Below are positions 37,401-47,866 of a DNA stretch of 64,000 bases, in pieces. The translations under genes and the position numbers were made by a program. Location: positions 631,905-695,904 of the forward strand of contig MU006097.1 of the NCBI GenBank assembly GCA_010093705.1, in the 5' to 3' direction. The DNA comes from Patellaria atrata CBS 101060. Lineage: Eukaryota. The stretch's first letter is position 1; every line of letters begins with the position of its first letter. A model generated the notes under the pieces. That model was not told the origin of the DNA and did not search any database. It saw only the letters and a program-made list of their open reading frames with translations.

Positions 37401-38547
37401 ATCTTTCTTGTAGTGAAGCGCTTGAAATGTTCCCATGCAGACTGTATCTGTGTGTTCACTCTGTCGACGACGCGCTGGATATTTGGACCCAACGCCTCGA
37501 ACAAAATGCTGTATGCTCCATTTGATCGGGACGATTCTCTAATCTTGTCCATCTCAAGTTTAGCAATTCGGCGGCAGAGCTTCGATTTGATCAGTACAGC
37601 CTTTTCGTGACTTATCTGACCGTAGCTCTCGTCAAGCAACTGCATCAGCAGTGAAGCAACGAGGAATTTGTAATGTATTGTTCCCTCCTCATCCCCAAAG
37701 AGCAGGTGACAAAATCGGCGAAGTCCAACACGAAAAACAAGCCAAAGCGGAGATCGACGCCAAGGTTTTACAGCCCCATCGGACCAGCAGACATCGTCTC
37801 GGACATGTTTACGAACGAGAGGTGTCTGTATTAGCTTACCATTCGCCTCAAGAAGGGTCATGAGTAGGTGGGTGATAAGAGTTGGCTGATTTGTGTCTCG
37901 TACCTCAACAGTAGACGCGCTAGCTTTATAAGTACGCGCTGCAAATCTGGGAATTTTCTCTCCGCTAGCACGCTCGAGAAAGGTTGCCATGCTATCCTGA
38001 AATGTTCGTTCAAGAAACATAGGTAAGGGAATCGCGACGGATGAGCCTGGGAAGTCCCATTCAAGGACGTCGTCAGTCGCGAAAACACTTTCTGATCGTG
38101 GAGAAGCCTCAAATGCTTCAAAGACTACAGATTCTTCATCTTGGGGACTGGTAAACAATATCAGCTTAGTCACGCCCTGAACTCGAGGTTATGAAGGTAC
38201 CCTTTTCGCCTCCATATAAGAAGACCGCTATTTTGCTCTACGACATGTAAAATGAGAATATTTGGTGACTTGAGCGTCGCTAATTCCCGCAATAGTACTT
38301 GTTTATCGATGGTACGGTGAGCTAAGATGTCGCGGCTGGCTACTAATGAACGATGAAGAGCATTGTAACGGTTGTGGTATCTATTCGAAGTATTGCATAT
38401 GGCGTTCTGTACTTGTCGGATTGAACGAACTAAACGATCTAGTAGATGACTCTCAACGTTCAGATTTGATTCATCTTCTTTTCCGGGAAGAACATAAGGT
38501 AAAACAAGATGGTTGACAAGTGCATCGAGTACGGGGTTAGAAGCCAT
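28462..38547 (-). CDS. Giant (~3,274 aa) DUF6606/DUF3638/DUF3645-type protein with a SecA-like SF2 P-loop ATPase; exons 38547-38201, 38147-36253, 36098-29296, 29241-28462
   Basis: Four ORF-track fragments join in frame (9825 nt) through three GT-AG introns. Motifs: NHLVLPYVLPGKED, WRRSPLWL, PDWLLLELDANLLIREDQ, QMNMGQGKTS, IDESD, IAVPYNAKGIPSEQSEWGHPDV, GFSGTND, HTRGTDL, QSAMRLRQLG, LQEVEQEREVAVEVE, LRPVNW. Confidence 0.85.
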
Positions 38548-38681
38548 GATTGAAAAGAGATAAAGAGAGCCGAGAAACGAGTGCGCTGGTAAGAAATGGG
38601 TTAATTTATGAGATGTAGAAGAGTAAGTGGTGTTTGCAATTGTATCGTGTGTTTGGACAAGGTAGTGCCACAATAGACACC

Positions 38682-38717
38682 ACGCGTTAGGCGGTCAGAA
38701 GATTATGTCGGACGCGT
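38682..38717. promoter_or_regulatory. Pair of ACGCGT (MCB-type) motifs upstream of the giant ATPase gene
   Basis: ACGCGT at 38682-38687 and 38712-38717, 135-170 nt before ATG 38547. Function is inferred. Confidence 0.35.
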
Positions 38718-39690
38718 CTACCCGACGCCTCATCCACGTATTAAGTGGACGGGAGTTGCCCCGCGGTACCGAAATCCAAGGGTGAAAAGTTCTGTGAGTG
38801 ATGCAGGAAACCGCGATTGATATCTCTCGGCCCGGGGACTATATCAGCTCCTTTACAGCACCTATTCCCGCCAACCTGAAATAAATTGACACCTCATGAT
38901 ACATCCTAAATCTAAATATCTATCATATCTCTTTACTTTGATATGAAATCATATATTAAATCGAGGTATACGTGACTCGGCTCGGATCAAGAAAGACAGG
39001 AAATTGACTTTACCGGACACACAGAAAGTGTATCTAGCGACATCTTTCGACCTTTCAATAGTTGACCGTCAAAGGATCCCCCACATCTATAGCAGCTCCC
39101 CCTATAATTTTATAGTGGTCTATGCCTACTTAGCCCATGCACTCTGATGCACTCTTTTGGGCGGCATAGAATTTCCGTCATGGAGAGGTTTTTACTCGTT
39201 GATAGACTGAAGGAGCTCTTCGGCCAGATTCTACTTTGCTTCGGGTCTATAGAGAATCAGGACGTCGGTGTTACTGGTTCGAGCGAACATGGTATAGGTC
39301 AAGAAATAGAATGAGGCGGGTTCAGGATAAGGCGCATCGGGGATCTCTAGCATTCTACAGATTATATCAATAAAGTCGAGCCTACAGATTTGATGTAAGT
39401 ACAGATAAAGATTCCATAAGGTACGGATTACAAGGGAAAAGTGTAGTTCAGCCCTCAGAAGATGAAGATGAAGTGGAAAGATCCCGAGGGTTACCTCCTG
39501 ATCCTGGGTCCGGACTTTACCCGGGCCAACGCCAACATTATAAGGTACCTTTTAATCCTACCTATACTAGTTTGTTTATTAGATGGCTCTATTTACTAGC
39601 GCTCTTGATCAAACCTACTCTTCTATGTCATGATAGGTATTAGAACTATGTATCTTCCCTTCTAACGGATACTCTACCCAATTTAAAAGG

Positions 39691-41100
39691 CTACAGTCTA
39701 GCCCGGAGAGCCTCTCGTTTACACATTTTCTCCCAACCACGTCTCCACCTAGGTGTAATGAACCAACCTGCATATGCTGCTAGAAACGTATCAACTACCC
39801 CGAGACCTCTCTTGGGTGAAGGACCAATCATGCTGGCGAACAGATACGAAGTGTCCGGCGAATCATCACAAATCGCAAAATCCCCTCTGCTGACACCAGC
39901 AATGATACCTTCAGCTACTCGTGTGGCTGAAGGGTACTGCTTTTCAAGCTCTTCAATCGGTGCCAATGTACCTTCTATCCGTTTCGTCAACTCCGGTTTC
40001 ATCTTCTGCTCCTCGACGAAGGCTTCAGTTATAAAGGTTGATGGGAAAGCACAGTGGACTGTGTACGTCGACACTTTGTCCGGGTGTCGAAGGACTTCCA
40101 TCCGAAGCGTATCAGCTAAAGCTCGAACCGCACATTTAGAAGCTTTTAAGGGGTTAGTAGATGTTTCCCTTGTTCTCGTAATTTGTTTTTTACCAGTATA
40201 AGCAGCATAGCCTGGCACACCTAAAAAGGCTGCAGCACTAGTGATGAAGATGATTTGACGGAGCCTTTGGCTAGTTGTCTTCGCTGCCTTATCGTCTTCA
40301 GTCCAAAGTCTAAGGATAGACTGTGCGGTATAAGCTGCGGTAAAGTAATTCTTTTTCATACAACTTTCTAGATCTCTAGCGTCTAAGTCGGTAAAGAAGC
40401 CGTGCGTGGTGCCTCCAGCTACGCAGTACAAAACATCTGGAAGTCGATCTTGAGACTTGAATGCATCTTGAACCTGTCTTTATCTTAGCTATGTTCTGGA
40501 TGGATATCACCTTACTCGGTCTTTTGTCTTTTGGTATTCTCAAACCTCTGTACGCTTGCTAAACGACGGTTGAGAGACTACTAATATCGCCCCGTATCAG
40601 CTGTTTTGCATTATCTGTACGGTTAATTTCTACGTACGACTAGCCGCCAAGTCGTACCTTTCGACTTGCATTCATGGTCCCAAACCACCGTGTGAAATCA
40701 AGCGTACAGCAGGCGAAGAATGCTAGGACGAAGAAGAAAGGGGCGTTTTCACTCGAACCTTAGATGCATCTCCCAGGTCGATGGACACAGCATGTACCGT
40801 CTGTGCTAGATATATTCTCTCAGCAAGAATCTCCTTTTTAGCTTCATCCAGCTGCCCTTGTCCGCGAGCAAATATCGTTATGTCAGCGCCTAGGGCATAT
40901 GAGCGATGGACTAGTCATCTTGCGTTGGGGAATGACCTTGAGCTGCTAATTGTTTTGCTATTTCCTTGCCTAAACCAGCAGAACCTCCGGCAATAAATAC
41001 AGTCTAAGGGTCTGTTAAAATCATGGACTCCTTCAAGCTATCGTAATATGAGCCTCAACCCATATCACGGAGGTCAGAGAGCTCCCACCTTGCCTCGCAT
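39691..41100 (-). CDS. Short-chain dehydrogenase/reductase, 3-ketodihydrosphingosine reductase (Tsc10/KDSR)-like, ~313 aa; exons 41100-41089, 41003-40937, 40889-40759, 40473-40194, 40142-39691
   Basis: Hand-spliced: MRGK-TVFIAGGSAGLGKEIAKQLAAQGADITIFAR (GxxxGxG), catalytic YTASK, then RALADTLRMEV and EQKMKPELTKRIEG, typical of the KDSR family. First exon and start uncertain. Confidence 0.75.
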
Positions 41101-42234
41101 TGGTAAGTTGTGTCTGGGATATTTCCGCGCTGATGATTGATAAAGATGGACTTGAACCAGTATGATCTTTCTCTTGGAGCCGTATATTAGGTTACCAAGC
41201 TTTGGATCTTCCTTCTTAGTCGCATATGCAATCAATGTAGGTTAACGTTTTAGGCGGCTTTCTTGGAGCACTGAGACATAGAATCACTTATGTAGTTATC
41301 ATTCCATGTCAGATTTATTATCTGAGATTCAGATAGGGTTGTAGGTGACTGTTTAGTATGCCCGTCGGTATCTCCAAAAAGCCGACCAATTTGTCTCCGG
41401 AAGCCAGGAGGACAAAAAGCAGGTTATCATGATTACCTAAGATAGTAGGGCAGATCTGAGTAAGCTGGAATTTGTTCAATTATGTAAATTATGGTGGAAG
41501 TCGCTTGTTATTGTTTTCTATCAGTCTTTTTCATCTCTGTATTCCATACTCAGTACGACTGATAGTGTCTCTTCTCATGAACTAGTACAGTACGTTGGAG
41601 CGCTCAGACTAGCGTCATATCTCAGCCTAAAATTGCTTAAGCCGGATAACTTGGTTATGCGCAGAAGCACTATAGAAGTGGATATGGAGAAAATTAGAGG
41701 ATGTGAGTTGACAGTAGGAGGTTCTCCCTCTCCCCCTTGTCCGTTCTTAGACAAATTCTTCTGTCCGCATGTTTGGTCGGTTTGCATCGAAGAGGTCCAG
41801 GTAATTTCGTGGCCCGTCCGCCAGGAATATCTCCTTCAAAATCTTCCAATCTCCATTAGGGAAAGCATGCAGAATTTGTGCTCCAGGTAGCTACCACAGG
41901 TGCAGAAGCTAGTCTAATTTTCAGCAAAACTCAACCTTGATATTTTCTGGGTTGATAACAACATTATGAGCTTCCTCACCGGACCAACAGTAGCTGCTTC
42001 GTTGTGGCGGAGTACGCACAGAGTACAATCGAGGTTTCACTATGGTGCGACCTCTAAAGTATAGGTGTAGAACTCGGGTGTCTCGGTTCATCTAGAATGA
42101 GTAATCGGTCTCAAAGAATTGAAAAGAATAGTTATACCTTGAATATCATATACATCTATTACATCTAGTATTCCGAGTGCAACTCAATAAGTGTTCGTTG
42201 CTCTGGAGCTTGATATTCAACTTCTACGGACAAG

Positions 42235-44488
42235 ATGAGCGCAAGTCTTCAGTGGACGTGGCCCCTAGAAGACCTTCAGCTCAATCATTGTTCTAAAGAC
42301 TGTACTGCGGAAGATCTCACAGCGCAAGCTGTACTGTACCAACACCGGAATATTTCGGAGCCGAACACCATCCGGATTATCACTCTCTTACCTGGGCCGC
42401 CAACGACTCCCCTCCATTGTAGACTGAGTGAACACCAGATTGATGAATCCCTGAAGTATGATGCTATTTCGTACACATGGGGAGGCTACATTCGCTCCCA
42501 TGTTGTATGGATTGATGGCCGTCCTCTCCGTATTACAGCAAACGCGCATGCCGCGCTTCACCGGTTACGCGATGTATCTATGGAGATCAACTATTAGATG
42601 GACTCCATTTGTATCAATCAAGACTCTGACGATGACAAAAGCCGGCAAGTAGACATGATGCAGAACATATACAAATGTGCAAATCGTGTCGTAGCATGGC
42701 TAAGCAACGAGGGCTCAGGTACCATTGTGAGCACTTTCTTCAATGATATGTGCGAGATTAGACCGGGATCCTCCAAGCAATTGTCGTCACGGACAGAGAA
42801 GACCTGGGATGAGGTGATGAAGTTCTTTCATCATCCGTGGTTCCAGAGAGTGTGGATCATTCAGGAGATGGTGATGGCCTCAGATATCGTGGTAATTTAC
42901 GGTACAGAGGAGATGGAATGGAACAAGATCATCAACACAATTGAATATCTCTTCAACCCTATACTTAGGGCATATAATCCACTAACGTTACCGGAAAATC
43001 GGCGATGTCTCCGGGAATTTCCTTCAGAAATACTGCAGGTTCGACAGGTCCATGCCATTAGGAAGAAGAAAGACATAAAGTTCCTCGATGATTCCGAACC
43101 CCCACAGAATCCAAAGATCATTAGGTTTGATAATGTAATGATGCCTGGCATGTCCGAAATCATTCGGCGATGTTCCAGCGCTCAAGCAACAGAGCCGAAG
43201 GACAAACTCTACGCGCTGCTGGGTATATCTCTAGAAGCTATCAGAACGAGAAATAGGCCGCTCTTGGCTATGACACCAACGCCACTTTCATATGGTGTTT
43301 TCTCCCCGGATTATAAAGTACCCACTCCGGTCGTTTATATGAAGTGCGCGCTCAATCTTCTAGTAAACGAGAATGTACCGCACCGTACACCGTTGAATAT
43401 CCTTCCAATAACTGGTATCGGATACGAAAGGAACTTTAATCTTCCATCCTGGGCTCCGGATTGGAGCAACCCGCCCCAACCCTGGACTTTATCATATGAT
43501 CGGGGTGACCAATGGGACTATCGCGCTTCTGGAATTACCTGCGACCATTGGCATTTCAATACCCTCCCACCTGGGGGAGCGGATGTCCCTTTCTCTGGTG
43601 GTGGTGATTTCCTTATGGGGTTCCCACGCAGAGGACTCAGACAATATACTTGGCTGCACACGGATCCGTGGCAGATTCTCTTAAAAGGAGTACAGGTAGA
43701 TAAAGTGCGTATGATTTCTGAAACCTTAGATCCAGTGTTACCTGATACAGACACCCTTGGACATATTAGACGAATCCTTACTTGGCTCGAGGACACCAGA
43801 GAACTAGCATCACAATATACTACTACATCTTACTACAACGGCCAGACACAAGAAGTTGCATACTGGCGTATGCTTATTGGAGACAAAACACCAGTGGAAG
43901 TTCGACCTGCCCGAGGAGGGTATGGAACATTCTATCGTGGATATATTAGCCTTCTCTGAAGAGCACTTTCACATTGCGGAACGTTACACCCAGGACCCTA
44001 CTGTTATACCTTTTTTAGAAGATATCCTGGACATACAAGCAACGCCGTTTCCAGCCACAATGCGCAAAGCAGTCGGACATAGGAAATTCGCAGTGACTGA
44101 GAGGGGGTTGATGGGATTAGTACCTCCTGGAACTAGAGAGGGGGACTCCATCTGGATTTTGCTCGGTGCTCAAGCTCCATTTATCTTACGGCAAGCTAAT
44201 TCCACAAAAATGCAGTTGAGCGTTTCCAGCAAAAGCGATAGAACTACCGATGATCGACCTTGGTATGAGGATTGGGACGGCTTTGTCAATGCTCTTTTCA
44301 AGGTTCCCGAAGCTAAGACTTTAATCATGAAACCTGATTCGATTGATGGCACCGGAGCCAAAGTATGGCAGAATGTTGGTGAGTGTTATGTGCATGGAAT
44401 GATGGACGGTGAAGGTTTGGGCGATGCGGTCAAGGGAAGCGAGATCAATAAGGAATCTAAAGACCTTGAGACCATTGCTATCTTGTAG
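42235..44488 (+). pseudogene. HET-domain (HET-6-like) heterokaryon incompatibility gene, disrupted by an in-frame TAG (42595-42597) and a frameshift (~43945)
   Basis: HET motifs IRIITLLPG, YDAISYTWG, ITANAHAAL, Y*MDSICINQ, QVDMMQNIYKCA, HPWFQRVWIIQE, ATEPKDKLYALLG, PSWAPDW, GLVPPGTREGD, VGECYVHGMMDGE are spread across three consecutive ORFs. Confidence 0.85.
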
Positions 44489-45066
44489 GATGTTTAGTTA
44501 AGACAACTAGATTGATGATGTCAGAACTTCAATAGTGAAGCACAGAAGAGCTATCTCTTTTGGTGAGGAAGAAAGAGGAGTCATAGACTCTGGCTAGGAT
44601 AATAGCATCCGCACACTGAGCAGTATTAGGAAATAAGGGAAACTCTATAAAGAAAGATTCAGAAGCACATTCGTGCCAGTGCAGGATGGGAATATTCTCG
44701 ATTTATATCTGGGGTTGTAGCAGGGTAGAGGTACGGTAATACCTTACCTTATCCTGTCAGTTCCCAATCTTACCCAAAATAGCCTAGTATGTCGGACTTG
44801 CCCTTCCTAATATCACCACCGCCGCTATCGCGATAAGGATATCGACGATGATGCACAGGCCCTCCTCGTACAGTGAGAAGACCGATGTCGATACCCCGGC
44901 CGATGATGCAGATCCAAGAGAAGAGGCAACTCTTATGTTGCCACGATCAGTACTTTCGTGATAGAGTAAAATCCTTAGGTCAACCCTCACCAATGTCTTT
45001 CCCTCACCATCCATCACGGTTGTTTGCAAGGATACTATCGCGTCTGAGCTATCGCTAATCAGTAAA

Positions 45067-46045
45067 ATGTATTTCGCTGCGTTATATATCTCTTTGCTCT
45101 TGTTGGTTGTACCACTAGAAGCCGTGCCAGTAAGATATAACCGACACCATATGTAGTGTGCCAGATTGAACTATAAGAGCTAATTCCGAACAGTTCTCCA
45201 GCAAGATCCACGCAGAAACAGCTCTTGTGATAATAGATGTGCAGAACGATTTCATCACTGGCTCGTTGAACAATTCTCGTGCTCCAGATATTCTGCCGAA
45301 GATTTATAAACTTCTCGATGAGCATTCGTGGCCTTTCATTGTAGCTTCTCAAGGTAGAACAAATCCCCCATCCTCACGAGTAAAGCAGATAATGAACATG
45401 CTTTCGGGGTAGATTGGCATCCTATCGGCCATGTCTCATTCGCATCCGCGCATGAGAGTGAAGATTCGGGTTCCTCAGTACAAATCGAGTTTGTCGATAC
45501 ACCTGTGAAGGTTGAGACACAGTTCCTCTATGCCGATCACTGTGTCCCGGAAACTTGGGGATCTGAAATCGAGTCCGGTGTCATCTCGCGCCTGCATAAC
45601 CTAGAAGGGTATACGTCACCAGTCAACTATATCAAAAAAGCCCAGGATCATCGAGTAGACTCCTATTCCGCGTTCGCCGACAATCAGTACCATCGGTTTA
45701 CGACGTTGAATGATGAATTGAGTAGACATGATATCAAAAAGTTGGTAATCACCGGACTCATCACGAGCGCTTGTGTGAGGGGAACGGCGATTGATGGTAC
45801 GAAGTTGGGGTACCAGGTTACTCTGATTGAGGATGCAACAGAGTCGATTAGCCAAGAGGATAAAGATAGAGCAATTGAAGAGTTGTCTGGCGTATGGGGT
45901 GAGTACTGTTCTCTTTGGTATAGACGTACATTCCTGATACTTATTTGCGTCTCATATAGGTGTAGATGTTGTTCCACTGGCTCAGTGGGAAGCTGAAAAT
46001 CCAGTGGCTCCAATTCGAGCGCAGCGCCATAGTCGTAGATTTTGA
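45067..46045 (+). CDS. Nicotinamidase/isochorismatase-family cysteine hydrolase with a predicted signal peptide, ~264 aa; exons 45067-45129, 45194-45353, 45413-45898, 45960-46045
   Basis: ALVIIDVQNDFITGSL, SQDWHP..HVSFAS, DHCV, IKK..DSYSAF, GLITSACVRGTAIDG: catalytic D/K/C and metal-binding D/H/H as in Pnc1/PncA. Three canonical introns give a 795-nt frame. N-terminus is MYFAALYISLLLLVVPLEA. Confidence 0.85.
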
Positions 46046-46164
46046 ACTAACGAGCTTACTGACCCTTAAATTTAGTCGAATTCAACGTAAGACGATGTTT
46101 TCTTGACGTGGATGTATGTACTGTGTTGATCCGTGATGAATATAGGAGCATCATTGAATTCCCT

Positions 46165-46914
46165 CTAAGACCGTCGGCGGAGCCCAGCCCGTCGAGATTG
46201 TCTTGCTTCATCTTTCTGTAAAGAGAACGGCGTTGCGACTTGCTTTTGGGCTAAAGCTTGCTTTACCGAAGCTCTCTTTGTGCTTGCCTTCTCTACGTCA
46301 GTAGTGTTGATCGGTAGAGTCTTCATCGTGGTACCAGGCTTCTTGTCCTCAGCTAGCATCTGGACGAGTGCTTCAATCCTTTTGGCCCTAGTCTTAGGTG
46401 ATGCTGTTTGCACCCGCCACAGTACAGAATATCGATCCGTCTTATTTAACCCTTCAAAAAAAGAAGCCGCAGAAGGTTCAGCTGCAAGAGCAGTAGTAAA
46501 ATCATCTGGAACAGTTATAGTAGCTGGCCCGGCATAAGCTCGATCCCATCGACCATCAGCTTTTGCGGCATCTACTGCAGCAATGCCCGCAGGTCGCATT
46601 CGTCCCTCTTCTAGTAATCTTGCGACTGTGTTTACATTTTTCTGTGACCATATACTCTTTGAACGCCGAGGTGTGTATCGTACTAACCACCAGTCATTGT
46701 CAAATCCGTTGGCACGCCCATCGATCCAACCGAAACATAGAGCGGTTTCTACAGCTTCTGCGGAGGATATAGATGGTATACCGGAGGCTTTCTTTGCAAG
46801 TTTCAGGTAAATTCCAGGCGTTGTAGTATGTTCCTTCTCCAGAAATGTTTCGAATTCCTTTTCTGATGAGAACGGACGGACGGGCAAGTCGAAGGATGGT
46901 AGCTTAGCTGCCAT
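46165..46914 (-). CDS. YdeI/OmpD-associated ('bacteriocin-protection') family protein
   Basis: Intronless. EAVETALCFGWIDG, YTPRRSKSIWSQKN, GRMRPAG..AVDAAKADGRW..AY, VPDDF..AL, KTRAKRI match this mainly bacterial family. Has a basic C-terminal tail. Confidence 0.88.
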   Translation of the reverse strand: MAAKLPSFDLPVRPFSSEKEFETFLEKEHTTTPGIYLKLAKKASGIPSISSAEAVETALCFGWIDGRANGFDNDWWLVRYTPRRSKSIWSQKNVNTVARLLEEGRMRPAGIAAVDAAKADGRWDRAYAGPATITVPDDFTTALAAEPSAASFFEGLNKTDRYSVLWRVQTASPKTRAKRIEALVQMLAEDKKPGTTMKTLPINTTDVEKASTKRASVKQALAQKQVATPFSLQKDEARQSRRAGLRRRS

Positions 46915-47866
46915 TGTAGTGTAGACGGATGTACTGATGACCTGGCTGGAGGCTACAGGGAGCGGATTTTAAGATTTTACGAGGTTTATGGGATGAAAGT
47001 AGCAACACAATCGATTTGATAGTTCTAGTGTACGCGATATGATTCCTCATGGAGTTTGACGCGTTCGAATCTATGTAAGACGCGAAAATGCTCCCAGGTC
47101 CACCAGCTCCACACTCCTGATGACTAATCACATCCGGTTCAAGCTCGAGCTCAAACCCAAACACTCTCCTTTTGTAACATGAACAGGTCACTCTTTCGAT
47201 TTCCTGCACTTGGTCGCACCGAACTAATTTGAATTGCAGGAAGATGCGCACGGTCAGTTCTCGTGTAATGCATAGTACAGAGTCCAGTGTATCTTCTACG
47301 GTAGGTAGGTACTCCATATCAGTAAGTTCTAGGACACACACTAGCAGATGGTTTAATTATGACTGGATGCTTGAAATACTAATAAATTTGAAGAACCGGG
47401 CTGGGCGTACTTAAAGAGATGGACCAGTACTCTTAAAAATGTTGAACTACAGTATGGAATATGCCTTTTCGACGCCGTACTACAAATCCCTTAGGCAAAC
47501 ATGAGTAAGATCCCACAAGGTGGTGAAGATTTCTCTTGATAAACTCTCCTATTCGGAGAAGAAAACGATATTAATCCGATAGGAGAAAGCTCCCCGCCAT
47601 ATTACATACCTCTTTGCCTGTATTCAAACTATTACCCCTTTTCATCCTTGTGGACAAGATTGGCTGTCTGTGTCTTTTCTTGTTATCTTAGCTGCTGAGC
47701 CTTACATGTTCAGTTTAATCAATAGTTATCTGAACAGCTGAATCCTTGAAATACATTCAAATCCTTGCCGATTTCCTACTTCTCTAAGGCTCATAAACCT
47801 CACATTCGCCTCCAGGGTATCTATTCTAATACGAGTACCAGACTTTACCAACACCATATTCTCGGC

